Shown: positions 26,169 through 38,772 of the stretch, piece after piece
Numbering within the stretch: position 1 is the stretch's first letter
Layout: the number at the start of each line of letters is the position of its first letter
Assembly: GCA_039805765.1 (NCBI GenBank)
Contig: JBDLTP010000050.1
Location: 10,378 to 74,377 of the forward strand
Direction of reading: 5' to 3'
Source of the DNA: Pseudomonadota bacterium
GTDB lineage: Bacteria > Pseudomonadota > Gammaproteobacteria > Methylococcales > Methylomonadaceae
Length of the DNA: 64,000 nucleotides
Notes under the pieces: generated by a model
Told to the model about the DNA's origin: nothing
Database searches by the model: none
What the model saw: the letters and a program-made list of their open reading frames with translations, nothing else
Made by a program: the position numbers and the translations under genes

Positions 26169-26734
26169 TGCAACGCTACATTTTAGGTTTGCTTTTTGTA
26201 CTATTTTTAAATTTTGCCAATGCAAATGATTTTGTAGCGCAGGTGAAGCACGCTGAAATTAGCCATCAAAATGGGTATTATTTTTTAGCAGCAGATTTAG
26301 AATATCACCTCAGTCCGCAACCCAAAGAAGCACTACAAAACGGCGTTCCGCTTTTTTGGAACGTTGACGTACATTTAAATCAAGTGCGTCATTTTTGGTG
26401 GGATAAAGTGAAATTAAAATATTCACTTCGCTATCAACTACAATACCATGCCCTTTTGAACATGTATCGCGTAAAAAATGAAAATACGGGTGAAACTCAC
26501 AATTTTTCAACCCTATCCGCCGCATTAGACAATATGTCAATTATTCGAGGTTTACCATTAATCAATATAAAAAATGTAGAACCTAATCGTGATTACGTTA
26601 TAGCGATTAAAATTTTATTCGAAGATGATAAATTGCCGTTGCCACTGCAAACTCAGGTGATTGCAAATCCACAGTGGCAATTATCGAGTGATTGGACGTA
26701 TTGGAATTTACTCGTCGATAAAATACAGCCGTAA
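26168..26734 (+). CDS. DUF4390-like periplasmic protein
   Basis: Signal peptide. NGYYFLAADLEYHLSPQPKEALQNGVPLFW resembles the DUF4390 core. The start overlaps the MCP stop (TAATG). Confidence 0.55.
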   Translation: MQRYILGLLFVLFLNFANANDFVAQVKHAEISHQNGYYFLAADLEYHLSPQPKEALQNGVPLFWNVDVHLNQVRHFWWDKVKLKYSLRYQLQYHALLNMYRVKNENTGETHNFSTLSAALDNMSIIRGLPLINIKNVEPNRDYVIAIKILFEDDKLPLPLQTQVIANPQWQLSSDWTYWNLLVDKIQP

Positions 26735-27364
26735 TTCTGTTGGATTAAATAAACAATGTAGCGGTTGATATTGAAGTAGCTGATCCGCGTTATGTGAGCC
26801 ACTTGCAACGCCAACCGACGCAATACCCGCATTAATCGCCATTTGCAAATCATGCGTTGAATCCCCCACCATCAAAACTCGATCAGGGGCTATTTGCAAA
26901 TGCGTCATAATTTCTTCAAGCATTTTAGGATGCGGTTTTGATTGCGTTTCATCTGCGCAACGGGTAATCGAAAATAAATCGACTGTCCCGGTAGCATGCA
27001 GTGCCTCATCTAAGCCTACCCGCGTTTTTCCCGTGGCAATAGCTAATAAATAACCCTTTTTCTTCAAGTCTTCAAGCATCTCAAAAACGCCTGTAAATAA
27101 ATCATCGCGGCTGATTTGCTTAGAAAAATAGGCTTTTTCGTAATGGCCAACTAATGCGTGAATTTCATTTTCATAAGCATCAGGAAATAACGCCGCAATG
27201 GCTTTCTCAATACTTAGGCCAATGACATCTTTTGCAGATTGATAATCTGGTGTGGGATGACGGGTATCAATTGCTGCGTTTTGCAGGCAACGCGCAATCC
27301 AATCGATAGAATCAATTAACGTTCCATCCCAATCAAAAATAATTAAATCAAAGCGGTTTTTCAT
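26708..27364 (-). CDS. HAD-IA family hydrolase (phosphatase)
   Basis: Motif I IIFDWDGTLIDS, motif II ATGK, motif IV MVGDSTHD. Lies downstream of rluC, as in pseudomonads. Confidence 0.8.
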   Translation of the reverse strand: MKNRFDLIIFDWDGTLIDSIDWIARCLQNAAIDTRHPTPDYQSAKDVIGLSIEKAIAALFPDAYENEIHALVGHYEKAYFSKQISRDDLFTGVFEMLEDLKKKGYLLAIATGKTRVGLDEALHATGTVDLFSITRCADETQSKPHPKMLEEIMTHLQIAPDRVLMVGDSTHDLQMAINAGIASVGVASGSHNADQLLQYQPLHCLFNPTELRLYFIDE

Positions 27365-28340
27365 TTTTTAATAATATCTCAAGTTGTGGTGGCAGTGGGG
27401 CGTTAATTTTAATTGCAACACCTGTAGTCGGATGCAAAAAATGTAAGGTTTTCGCATGCAAAAACATACGTTTATAGCCTTTTTGTTTAAACAATAGATT
27501 CATGTCATCACGTCCATAACGCTCATCGCCAATAATTGGATGACCAATATGAAGCGCATGGACACGAATTTGATGCGTGCGTCCTGTTTTGGGCGCCGCT
27601 TCAACAAGTGTCGCCTGCTCAAAACAGGTTAAACGTGTAAACGTGGTCAGTGCCTCCTTGCCAGCTGAACTCACCATCACCATTCGCTCACCCCCTTTAG
27701 CAATATTTTTAAGCAGTGGCGCATTGACTACTAATTTTGGTTTCTTCCATTGTCCAGACAGTAACGCTACATAGGTTTTTTGAATCTGATTGTCTCGAAA
27801 AATTGCATGGAACGCGCGCAACGCACTTCGTTTTTTGGCTATGACAAGGCAACCTGACGTATCTTTGTCTAAACGGTGGACTAATTCCAAAAAATGCGCG
27901 TCTGGTCGAAGTAAACGCAGTCCTTCAATAATTCCCGAACTCACCCCGCTGCCGCCATGGACGGCAAATCCAGCAGGTTTATTGACAATTAAAAAACCAT
28001 CATCTTCATATAAAACACTCTGTTCGAGAGCTTCTTTTAAATTATTTGGAACAAATACTTCTTCGCTGCGCTCAGCAAGACGGATAGGGGGAATGCGAAC
28101 AATATCGCCCGTCACCAGTCGATAGCTAACATCAACGCGCCCTTTGTTCACGCGCACTTCTCCTTTGCGCACAATGCGATAAATGCGACTTTTAGGCACC
28201 CCTTTTAAGCGTGTAATGAGAAAGTTATCCAATCTTTGATCATGATGTTCCTCAGTAATTTCTACCTGAACAACTTTTGTGGGTAGCAAGGGTTTTTGTT
28301 CTGATTTTTGATTCATTTCATAAGGTTTAAAAATGGGCAA
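27348..28340 (-). CDS. rluC: 23S rRNA pseudouridine synthase, RluC type
   Basis: S4 domain (RLDNFL...VRVNKGRV), catalytic HRLDKDTSG, and divergent arrangement with rne as in E. coli. The start may instead be MNQKSEQK at 28316. Confidence 0.85.
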   Translation of the reverse strand: MPIFKPYEMNQKSEQKPLLPTKVVQVEITEEHHDQRLDNFLITRLKGVPKSRIYRIVRKGEVRVNKGRVDVSYRLVTGDIVRIPPIRLAERSEEVFVPNNLKEALEQSVLYEDDGFLIVNKPAGFAVHGGSGVSSGIIEGLRLLRPDAHFLELVHRLDKDTSGCLVIAKKRSALRAFHAIFRDNQIQKTYVALLSGQWKKPKLVVNAPLLKNIAKGGERMVMVSSAGKEALTTFTRLTCFEQATLVEAAPKTGRTHQIRVHALHIGHPIIGDERYGRDDMNLLFKQKGYKRMFLHAKTLHFLHPTTGVAIKINAPLPPQLEILLKNEKPL

Positions 28341-29192
28341 TCCAACTACACGCTTTCACTACTTAACTTTTCACCAATAAATTGAAAATCTTGTCGAAAT
28401 AGTCCATGTGTAAGGATTTGAGAAAAATGTAATGTATATCACACTACATAATAAAAATTTTAATTTGTGATACGAAGTCAATGCTGAATACAGCACTGAA
28501 TACCTAATGTTTCGATTTCTAACGTCCAATATGCTCTTTTAAGTTGGAAACCGTGCAGTTAAGAAAGTGAATAAATTCGAAAACTCATCTGTCATAACAT
28601 GATTTTATTTGCATGAAAACACGTTATCTTTAAGGTAAAAATAGCGATACATTAAAAATAAAAAGTATATAAAACAATTTCATATAGCAAGTGCAGGGAG
28701 GTAAGTTTACTTTACAGGCAAAAATAAAAAATCATCACACATTAAAATAGTCTACCATTTTAACTGCAACTTATAAGATTTAAGGATAATTTATCTTACA
28801 CGACCGTTTAACTTCAAATTGAAGTCAAACCATAAGATTGTTATAGTGGAAACGTTTTAGTCATACTTTATAAGCAATCACCATTAATTAGAACACAACA
28901 GCCCTTTTTGGTGACGATTAAAATAGCGATTTTGAGACGCTCTAAAGCTCATTACGAATTTCGGGTTTTTCGTTCGACCCAAGACGAACGATTTTCAACT
29001 TACTTGCGCTGACCTTTCGCCTAGGTTAACTCTCTTAAACGATTTATCTACCCGCATAACGCTTCGTTCCCTATGAATTTATAACGAGCTACATAACAAA
29101 AGCCGCCTAGATAAAAAATCGCTTTACGCTATGAGTTGCCCTGCTACAACGCAAATGAAATGCAGCGCGGGTCACACTACAGGATATATTGC

Positions 29193-31571
29193 ATGAAAAG
29201 AATGCTAATCAATGCGTCGCAATCCGAAGAATTGCGTGTCGCATTAGTTGATGGTTATAAACTTTACGATTTTGACATTGAAATCCCCTCAAAAGAACAA
29301 AAAAAATCGAATATTTACAAAGGTATCATTACGCATGTTGAAGCGAGCTTAGAAGCGGCGTTTGTGAATTATGGTGCTGAAAAACATGGTTTTTTACCAT
29401 TCAAAGAAATTGCACCGCTGTATCGTCGCTCAGTTGCCTCTCAGAACACAGAAATCACAAGTGAAGGTAAGCCACGTCGTCAATCTGTAAAAGATTTGAT
29501 TCGTGTTGGCCAAGAAGTTATCGTTCAAATTGAAAAAGAAGAGCGCGGAAACAAAGGTGCTGCCCTTACAACATACATCAGTTTAGCGGGAACCTATTTG
29601 GTCTTAATGCCAAATAATCCAAAAGCGGGTGGTATTTCACGACGCATTGAAGGTGAAACACGCAACGAATTACGTGAGGCCATGGGCGCTCTTGAAATCC
29701 CCGAAAATATGGGATTGATTGTTAGAACTGCTGGTTGCGGTAAAAATGTGGAAGAGTTGCAATGGGATTTAAATTATTTACTTCAACTTTGGGATGCCAT
29801 TGATCGCTCGTCAACTCTGCAAGCAGCCCCTTTTTTAGTCTTTCAAGAAAGTAACGTTATTATTCGTGCCTTGCGTGACCATTTAAGAACTAACATCGAC
29901 GAAATTCTCATTGATGATCCCGAAGCATTTCAATTAGTTAAAAGCTTTTTAAAACAAGTTATTCCCGATTTTTTATCAAAAATTCGTTTATACAAAGACC
30001 CCGTTCCGCTATTCAACAGATATCACATCGAATCTCAAATTGAGGTCGCCTATAATAGAGAAGTGTCACTTCCTTCAGGGGGATCAATTGTTATCGATCA
30101 TACAGAAGCACTTACCTCAATTGATATTAACTCTGCACGAGCGACAAAAGGCAGTGATATTGAAGAAACTGCATTAACGACGAATTTAGAAGCGACAGAT
30201 GAAATTGCACGTCAACTTCGCTTGCGAGATTTAGGTGGATTATTTGTCATTGATTTTATTGATATGTCATCAATTAAACATCAGCGTATGGTTGAAAATC
30301 AATTACGTGAGGCCATCAAAATAGATCGTGCGCGTATTCAAACGGGACGAATTTCACGCTTTGGTTTACTTGAAATGTCTCGCCAACGAATGCGCCCTTC
30401 CCTTGGCGATTCAACTCAACTCACCTGCCCTCGTTGTAAAGGTCAAGGTACCATTCGAAATGTAGAATCTGTTGCACTTTCAGTCCTTCGAATTATTGAA
30501 GAAGAAGCCATGAAAAAAGGTGCAGAAAAAATTATTGCGCATTTATCCATTGAATGTGCCGCATTTTTATTAAACGAAAAACGCAGTGCAATTGAGCGCA
30601 TTGAAAACCGTTTAAAAGTGGCTATTGTTGTATTGCCTTGTAAGCATTTGGAAACGCCTGCTTATGAAATTGAGCGTATCAAAGAACGTGATTTCCAAGA
30701 AGAAAAAAGCAGTTATTCATTAATTAAAGCTGAAACGATTAGCGTTCCAGAGTTTGCGCAGCAAGTTAAACAACATGCACCGCCTGTTAAAGCCGCTATT
30801 ACTGAATTTTTGCATGATTCTCCAGCACCGATGCATAATAAAAATGAAGCGACTGCTTTAATTAAACGTTTCTGGCATCGATTAGCTAAACCTTTACTCA
30901 ATACGGCAAATACAACGCAAACAATTATTGATAGATCAAGTATTATTGAAGCTCAGATTCAAGAGAGTGAAGAAACTGAACATACTAATGGTGAATTAGT
31001 CGTCAAAAAAGTAGCCTCCAATACAAAAAGTCGCAATAATCGTCGAAATAAAAATCAACGTAATCAACGTGGTAGAAAAGACGGCAGCGATACAATTATG
31101 AGCGCTGAAAACGGAAATAGCGATAATCCTGAGCTTGATTTTGTTGACAATGAAAAACCGAACTTTACTGAACATCAATTTGAAGTCCCTGTTTTTTCTG
31201 ATTCATCTCCTGATGCAAGTGAACACATAATTTCAGTTAATCCTCTAGATTCTCCAGCAACCCGTAAAAATGGTAATCGTAGTAACCTACGTCGAGGGCC
31301 AAACCGTCGCAGACCTCGCAATCCAAACTATAAAAAACCAGAAAACGATTTAATTCTGGAAAGTAGTAATGTTGTCCATTTTAGTCATAATGAACATTCT
31401 GACACTGCGGTAAATGTCGTTTTAGTGCATGATAATTATCAAAAAAACGATGTGCATTCCGAGTCTTCCATAAAAGAGGAATCTCAACCTTATTTCCATG
31501 CACAAGATGAATCTGTGAACAGCACTCAAAGCCACTCAGATCAAGGCTCTGAATGGAATACTAATTCATGA
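29193..31571 (+). CDS. rne: Ribonuclease E
   Basis: [22 protein letters not shown]-terminus, S1 domain, Zn-link CPRCKGQG, and an Arg/Asn-rich disordered C-terminal half. The track start 29136 adds a non-conserved extension. Confidence 0.9.
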   Translation: MKRMLINASQSEELRVALVDGYKLYDFDIEIPSKEQKKSNIYKGIITHVEASLEAAFVNYGAEKHGFLPFKEIAPLYRRSVASQNTEITSEGKPRRQSVKDLIRVGQEVIVQIEKEERGNKGAALTTYISLAGTYLVLMPNNPKAGGISRRIEGETRNELREAMGALEIPENMGLIVRTAGCGKNVEELQWDLNYLLQLWDAIDRSSTLQAAPFLVFQESNVIIRALRDHLRTNIDEILIDDPEAFQLVKSFLKQVIPDFLSKIRLYKDPVPLFNRYHIESQIEVAYNREVSLPSGGSIVIDHTEALTSIDINSARATKGSDIEETALTTNLEATDEIARQLRLRDLGGLFVIDFIDMSSIKHQRMVENQLREAIKIDRARIQTGRISRFGLLEMSRQRMRPSLGDSTQLTCPRCKGQGTIRNVESVALSVLRIIEEEAMKKGAEKIIAHLSIECAAFLLNEKRSAIERIENRLKVAIVVLPCKHLETPAYEIERIKERDFQEEKSSYSLIKAETISVPEFAQQVKQHAPPVKAAITEFLHDSPAPMHNKNEATALIKRFWHRLAKPLLNTANTTQTIIDRSSIIEAQIQESEETEHTNGELVVKKVASNTKSRNNRRNKNQRNQRGRKDGSDTIMSAENGNSDNPELDFVDNEKPNFTEHQFEVPVFSDSSPDASEHIISVNPLDSPATRKNGNRSNLRRGPNRRRPRNPNYKKPENDLILESSNVVHFSHNEHSDTAVNVVLVHDNYQKNDVHSESSIKEESQPYFHAQDESVNSTQSHSDQGSEWNTNS

Positions 31572-31602
31572 AATTCTAGCTAACTGTAGCAAAAAATCTT
31601 AA

Positions 31603-33159
<1,557 letters not shown>

Positions 33160-34359
33160 ATGTCGGCTAGACAGTTTTTAGACAATTTAGAACCACATTT
33201 TACGAAAGGCGGCAAGCTTGAACGCTATTATGGCCTATATGAAATGGTCGATACGTTTATTTATACGCCCGCTGATGTCACGCGCGGTAAAACGCACATT
33301 CGCGATGGCATTGATTTAAAGCGCACCATGACGTTTGTTGTGATTGCGACATTTTTCTGCGTTATGATGGCGATGTACAATACCGGTTATCAAGCTAATT
33401 TAGCGATGGAAGCTTTGGGAACAAGTACGATTGATAACTGGCGCAGTCTTCCGATGACGATTTTTGGTTATAGCACCATGAATCCGTTTTCAAATATCGC
33501 GCATGGTGCACTTTACTTTTTACCCATCTACATCGTCACATTGGCAGTAGGTGGTATTTGGGAAGTGTTATTTGCAACCGTACGTGGCCACGAAGTGAAT
33601 GAAGGTTTTCTCGTTTCTTCAATGCTTTACACATTAATTATGCCGCCAGATATGCCTTTGTGGCAGGTCGCTTTAGGCATTTCTTTTGGTATTGTGATTG
33701 GTAAAGAAGTCTTCGGTGGTACAGGTAAAAACTTCTTAAATCCAGCTTTGACAGGTCGTGCGTTTTTGTATTTCGCTTATCCTGCGTCAATTTCTGGCGA
33801 CTCTGTTTGGGTAGCCGTTGACGGTTATACAGCGGCAACACCATTAGGTTTAGCGGCTGACGGTGGTTTAAATGCAGTGACTCAGCACTATAGCTGGATT
33901 CAAACTTTCTTAGGTTTTGAACCTGGTTGTTTAGGGGAAACCTCTGTACTCGCTATTATGATTGGCGCAGCATTTTTACTTTATACCCGTGTTGCGTCTT
34001 ACCGCATTATGGGTGGTGTATTTGCTGGTATGGTTGCAACTTCATTGTTATTTAATATGGTTGGCAGCGATACAAACCAAATGTTTGCTTTCCCTTGGTA
34101 TTGGCATTTAACTGTGGGTGGTTTCGCTTTCGGCATGGTGTATATGGCAACCGATCCAGTCAGCGCAGCCATGACAAATTCAGGTCGCTGGGTATACGGA
34201 GCATTAGTTGGTGGAATGACGGTATTAATTCGCGTTGTGAACCCTGCGTTTCCCGAAGGCATTATGCTCGCCATTTTATTTTCCAATATTTTTGCACCGA
34301 CGATTGATTACTTCGTCATTCAAGCGAATATCAGAAGAAGGATGAAACGTCATGCCTAA
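33160..34359 (+). CDS. nqrB: Na+-NQR subunit B
   Basis: NqrB/RnfD-type polytopic protein. ATG overlaps the nqrA stop (TAAATG). Confidence 0.9.
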   Translation: MSARQFLDNLEPHFTKGGKLERYYGLYEMVDTFIYTPADVTRGKTHIRDGIDLKRTMTFVVIATFFCVMMAMYNTGYQANLAMEALGTSTIDNWRSLPMTIFGYSTMNPFSNIAHGALYFLPIYIVTLAVGGIWEVLFATVRGHEVNEGFLVSSMLYTLIMPPDMPLWQVALGISFGIVIGKEVFGGTGKNFLNPALTGRAFLYFAYPASISGDSVWVAVDGYTAATPLGLAADGGLNAVTQHYSWIQTFLGFEPGCLGETSVLAIMIGAAFLLYTRVASYRIMGGVFAGMVATSLLFNMVGSDTNQMFAFPWYWHLTVGGFAFGMVYMATDPVSAAMTNSGRWVYGALVGGMTVLIRVVNPAFPEGIMLAILFSNIFAPTIDYFVIQANIRRRMKRHA

Positions 34360-35257
34360 TCAATTGAAACAATTACAAGAGAAGCTCGATAACTGCGAGC
34401 ATTATCAAAAATTTAAAGTTTATAGTGACAAAATTCTCGCGCTTGGTAATGACAGTTTAGAAAAAACCATCGCGATTGCGGTTTCATTATGTTTGGTTTG
34501 CGCAGTATTTGTATCGATGGCAGCGGTTGCTCTAAAACCACTTCAAGTTAGCAATAAAGAGCTGGATATGAAGAAAAATATTTTAGATGTAGCTGGCTTA
34601 CTACAAGAAAATACCGATATTGAAAAAGCATTTGCTGAAAAAATTGAAGCAAAATTGGTGAATTTAGAATCAGGTGATTATGCTGAGGGGGATGCGAATG
34701 CGTATGACCAACGCAAAGCAACAAAAGATCCTGCGCAAAGTATCGCGATTACAAAAGAGAAAGATATTGCTCACATTCGACTTAAAGCAAAAGTAGCCAA
34801 AGTTTATTTGGTGAAAGAAGCCGGCGCAACAAAATCTATCATTCTGCCCATCAGCGGTTACGGTTTATGGTCAACACTTTACGGTTTCTTATCAGTTGAT
34901 GCAGACGGTCAAACTGTTCAAAGTATCAACTTCTACGATCAAGCTGAAACACCTGGACTGGGTGGCGAAGTTGTAAATCCAAACTGGCGTGCGATTTGGA
35001 AAGGTAAAAAAATCTATGCAGAAACAGAGCAAGCTTCTTCTGAAAAAGGCTTGATTGCTGAAGCTGCCGTGGGTGAGCCTGCATTAAGTTTGATTAAAGG
35101 CACAGTTGATAGCACAAAAGCGGGTTCGCAATATCAAGTTGACGGTCTAGCGGGTGCGACGCTAACTAGTACGGGTGTCACCAACTTAGTTAGATACTGG
35201 ACAAGTAAAGAGGGCTTCGCGCCTTATTTGGCGAAAGTCAGAACGGTTAACGGTTAA
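34352..35257 (+). CDS. nqrC: Na+-NQR subunit C
   Basis: Single N-terminal TM, GYGLWS motif, and the FMN-attachment-type motif GLAGATLTS. Confidence 0.9.
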   Translation: MPNQLKQLQEKLDNCEHYQKFKVYSDKILALGNDSLEKTIAIAVSLCLVCAVFVSMAAVALKPLQVSNKELDMKKNILDVAGLLQENTDIEKAFAEKIEAKLVNLESGDYAEGDANAYDQRKATKDPAQSIAITKEKDIAHIRLKAKVAKVYLVKEAGATKSIILPISGYGLWSTLYGFLSVDADGQTVQSINFYDQAETPGLGGEVVNPNWRAIWKGKKIYAETEQASSEKGLIAEAAVGEPALSLIKGTVDSTKAGSQYQVDGLAGATLTSTGVTNLVRYWTSKEGFAPYLAKVRTVNG

Positions 35258-35269
35258 AGGAGTAAAAGC

Positions 35270-35953
35270 ATGAACGAATTATTGAATGACGAAGCAAAAA
35301 AAGTTTTAGTTGATCCACTTGTCGAAAACAATCCGATTACGTTGCAAGTTCTTGGAATTTGTTCGGCATTGGCGGTGACTTCGCAAATGTCTACATCATT
35401 AATTATGGCGTTGGCACTAACGATGGTAACGGCGTGTTCAAGTGCAGCGATTGCAGCAATTCGTAACCATATTCCAAGCAGCATCCGGATTATTGTCCAA
35501 ATGACCATTATCGCGTCACTGGTAATCGTCGTTGATCAATTGCTAAAAGCGTTTGCGTATGATGTCAGCAAACAATTATCGGTTTTCGTTGGTTTAATTA
35601 TTACCAACTGTATCGTTATGGGAAGAGCTGAAGCGTACGCCATGAAAAACCCACCCCTCGAAAGTTTTATTGATGGTATCGGTAACGGTTTAGGCTACAG
35701 TTTAATTTTGATTGTTGTGGCTTTTTTCCGTGAAATTTTTGGTTCAGGCAAATTGCTTGGTATGGAAGTTTTTCATTTAACGAAAGATGGCGGATGGTAC
35801 GATCCAAACGGCTTAATGTTGTTGCCACCTAGCGCGTTTTTCATTATCGGTTTGCTTATTTGGGCGGTACGTGAATGGAAACCAAAACAACGCGAAGCGA
35901 TTGAATTCAAAATCATGTCGTTTTCACATGGCGAACAAGTAGGACAACACTAA
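35270..35953 (+). CDS. nqrD: Na+-NQR subunit D
   Basis: NqrD/RnfE-type 6-TM protein, position in operon. Confidence 0.9.
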   Translation: MNELLNDEAKKVLVDPLVENNPITLQVLGICSALAVTSQMSTSLIMALALTMVTACSSAAIAAIRNHIPSSIRIIVQMTIIASLVIVVDQLLKAFAYDVSKQLSVFVGLIITNCIVMGRAEAYAMKNPPLESFIDGIGNGLGYSLILIVVAFFREIFGSGKLLGMEVFHLTKDGGWYDPNGLMLLPPSAFFIIGLLIWAVREWKPKQREAIEFKIMSFSHGEQVGQH

Positions 35954-36561
35954 TGGAAGCCTATATCAGTTTATTTGTTAAAGCGGTTTTCATTGAAAAC
36001 TTAGCATTATCTTTCTTTTTGGGGATGTGTACGTTCATTGCGGTTTCGAAAAAAGTATCAACTGCGATGGGTCTTGGGGTTGCAGTCATGGTAGTTCAAG
36101 CCATTACTGTTCCCGCAAACAACCTTGTTTATCACACACTTTTAAAAGAAAACGCACTTGCTTGGCTTGGTGTTAAAGGTATCGATTTGAGCTTTTTAGC
36201 GTTGCTTGCCTGTATCGGTATGATTGCGGCTTTGGTACAAATTTTGGAAATGATTTTAGATAAATTCTTTCCGGCTTTATATCAAGCTTTAGGTATTTTC
36301 TTACCGTTGATTACCGTGAACTGTGCGATTTTAGGCGGTAGTTTGTTCATGATTGAACGTGATTACAACTTCGGCGAAAGTGTGACTTACGGCGTAGGCA
36401 GTGGCTTGGGCTGGGCGTTGGCAATTACCCTTATGGCGGGTGTGCGCGAAAAATTGAAATACAGTGATATTCCAGTCGGTTTACAAGGTTTGGGCATCAC
36501 GTTTATTACAGCGGGTCTGATGTCTTTAGGCTTCATGGCTTTCTCAGGCATTCAACTCTAG
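35953..36561 (+). CDS. nqrE: Na+-NQR subunit E
   Basis: NqrE/RnfA-type 6-TM protein. ATG overlaps the nqrD stop. Confidence 0.9.
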   Translation: MEAYISLFVKAVFIENLALSFFLGMCTFIAVSKKVSTAMGLGVAVMVVQAITVPANNLVYHTLLKENALAWLGVKGIDLSFLALLACIGMIAALVQILEMILDKFFPALYQALGIFLPLITVNCAILGGSLFMIERDYNFGESVTYGVGSGLGWALAITLMAGVREKLKYSDIPVGLQGLGITFITAGLMSLGFMAFSGIQL

Positions 36562-36573
36562 AAAGGTAACGTT

Positions 36574-37785
36574 ATGCTGGAAATTATTTTAGGGATTATC
36601 ATCTTCACGGGTATTGTTATTGCGCTAGTTTTTGTGATTATCGGCGCGAAAAAGAAACTCGTTGCAGAAGGTGATGTTGAAATTGTGATTAATGAACAAA
36701 AAACAATTCACGTCCCATCAGGTTCAAAATTATTAAACGCCCTTTCAGATAACGGTTTATTCGTTTCATCTGCCTGTGGTGGCGGTGGTACTTGTGGTCA
36801 ATGTAAAGTGAAAGTTCATTCAGGGGGCGGTGATATTCTGCCAACCGAATTAAGTCATATTACAAAACGCGAAGCGGCTCATGGTGAGCGTTTATCTTGC
36901 CAAGTGTCAGTTAAAAGCAACATGAACATCGAAGTTGAAGATAGTGTATTTGGTGTTAAAAAATGGGAATGTACCGTTAAATCCAACGAGAACGTGGCCA
37001 CTTTTATCAAAGAACTCGTGTTAACGTTGCCAGAAGGTGAAGAAATTAATTATCGTGCGGGGGGATATATTCAAATTGAATGTCCAGAGCACGTTGCAAA
37101 ATACAGTGATTTCGACGTTGAAGAACGTTTCCGTGATGATTGGAACAAATACAATTTATGGCAATATGTTTCAACGGTGAAAGAACCTACATTGCGTGCA
37201 TATTCAATGGCTTCTTATCCAGAAGAAAAAGAAATTATGCTTAACGTACGCGTTGCAACGCCACCTAAACCTGACTTACCACCCGGCATCATGTCATCGT
37301 TTATTTTCAATTTGAAACCCGGTGATAAATGTTTCGTATCTGGGCCTTATGGGGAGTTTTATGCCCGTGATACCGAAGCTGAGATGGTATTTGTTGGTGG
37401 TGGTGCGGGAATGGCGCCGATGCGTTCACATATTTTCGATCAACTGCGTCGAATGAAATCAAAACGCAAAATGACCTTCTGGTATGGTGCGCGTAGCAAA
37501 CGCGAAATGTTCTATGTAGAAGATTTTGATATGCTTGCGAGAGAAAATCCAAACTTCACATGGCATACAGCGCTTTCTGACGCACTGCCTGAAGATGAGT
37601 GGACAGGCTACACCGGCTTTATTCACAATGTGCTGTTTGAAGAATTTATTAAAAAACATCCAGCACCTGAAGATTGTGAGTTTTACATGTGCGGTCCACC
37701 CATTATGAATACGTCTGTTACTAAAATGTTAATCGATAATGGCGTTGAACCAGAAAACATTATGTTAGACGATTTCGGTGGTTAG
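36574..37785 (+). CDS. nqrF: Na+-NQR subunit F
   Basis: N-terminal TM, 2Fe-2S ferredoxin motif [15 protein letters not shown] motif RAYSMAS, and NAD-binding [11 protein letters not shown]. Confidence 0.92.
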   Translation: MLEIILGIIIFTGIVIALVFVIIGAKKKLVAEGDVEIVINEQKTIHVPSGSKLLNALSDNGLFVSSACGGGGTCGQCKVKVHSGGGDILPTELSHITKREAAHGERLSCQVSVKSNMNIEVEDSVFGVKKWECTVKSNENVATFIKELVLTLPEGEEINYRAGGYIQIECPEHVAKYSDFDVEERFRDDWNKYNLWQYVSTVKEPTLRAYSMASYPEEKEIMLNVRVATPPKPDLPPGIMSSFIFNLKPGDKCFVSGPYGEFYARDTEAEMVFVGGGAGMAPMRSHIFDQLRRMKSKRKMTFWYGARSKREMFYVEDFDMLARENPNFTWHTALSDALPEDEWTGYTGFIHNVLFEEFIKKHPAPEDCEFYMCGPPIMNTSVTKMLIDNGVEPENIMLDDFGG

Positions 37786-37810
37786 TTTTTTGCTGTATTG
37801 AAAACAAACA

Positions 37811-37846
37811 AAGGGTATTAGATTTTTCTAATACCCTTTTTATTTG
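37811..37846 (+). terminator. Rho-independent terminator after nqrF
   Basis: Perfect 11-bp stem AAGGGTATTAG / CTAATACCCTT with a 6-nt loop, followed by TTTATTT. Confidence 0.8.
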
Positions 37847-38083
37847 CCACTTCTATTATCGATCGAAATTCGCCTGCAAAGGCTTGTTCATTAAAATAGT
37901 TTTACTGAATTAAGACAACGATTGCGATACACTCATTCGAATCGCATTAAATATATTCACGCCTGAAATGACTATAACTATTTTTTTCAATTTTAATTTA
38001 ACAAAAAAGTCTGTGACTATGCGAAAATTTATTTATGCAGTCCATTTTTCAATGCCTTCTTCTAACCGTCAAATACCCATATC

Positions 38084-38767
38084 ATGACCGCAATCATTCA
38101 ACTCAACAATGTTTGCAAAGATTATATCCAATTAAGTAATACTCATACCGTTTTAGATAATATCAATTTAGACATTTTTACTGGTGAATTTGTCGCTATT
38201 ATAGGTGAATCTGGCAATGGAAAATCGACTTTGCTCAACCTATTAACAGGGATCGACTCGCCTACTCGAGGTGAAATAATTGTTAGCGGCGCTCTGCTTC
38301 ATCAAATGAAACCGGAACAATTATCACTTTGGCGATGTGCAAATATTGGAATCGTATTTCAATTTTTTCAGTTATTGCCCGCACTTAGTTTATTGCAAAA
38401 CGTTATCTTACCCATGGATTTTGCAAATAAGCTCACACCTCGTGATCGTAAAGAAAAAGCAATGCATCTGCTAAGTCGATTCAAATTAGCTGAACTTGCA
38501 CATCGCCTGCCTAGCCAAGTATCAGGAGGACAGCAACAACGCACAGCCATTGCAAGAGCGCTAGCAAATAACCCCCCGATTATTTTTGCCGATGAGCCGA
38601 CAGGCAATTTAGACGAAGCAACAACAAATTCGGTATTTGATTTATTTCATCAGTTGAATCAAGACGGAAAAACAATCGTCATGGTGACGCATAATCCAGC
38701 GTTAGCAAAAGCGACTTCGCGTCAAATTGAAATCCGTAACGGTCGAATTTTTAGTGATAGTAGGTAA
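38084..38767 (+). CDS. ABC transporter ATP-binding protein (MacB/LolD/FtsE clade)
   Basis: Walker A GESGNGKST, Q-loop, signature VSGGQQQR, Walker B IIFADEPTGNLD. Confidence 0.9.
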   Translation: MTAIIQLNNVCKDYIQLSNTHTVLDNINLDIFTGEFVAIIGESGNGKSTLLNLLTGIDSPTRGEIIVSGALLHQMKPEQLSLWRCANIGIVFQFFQLLPALSLLQNVILPMDFANKLTPRDRKEKAMHLLSRFKLAELAHRLPSQVSGGQQQRTAIARALANNPPIIFADEPTGNLDEATTNSVFDLFHQLNQDGKTIVMVTHNPALAKATSRQIEIRNGRIFSDSR

Positions 38768-38772
38768 TTACA

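Noticed and set aside
29136-29192. Upstream in-frame extensions offered by the track for rne (29136). The same applies to nqrA (31648), ygfB (2591), pepP (3150), the TonB receptor (20698), tpsB (58336) and gspJ (63885).
   Set aside because: In each case the conserved family N-terminus or signal peptide begins at a downstream Met. The extension overlaps a neighbouring gene or terminator or has non-protein-like composition.
38019-38087. 22-codon ORF (MRKFIYAVHFSMPSSNRQIPIS) just upstream of the ABC ATPase, as a possible leader peptide or nqrM-like gene.
   Set aside because: It has no RBS, no TM helix as NqrM would have, and composition typical of AT-rich spacer.
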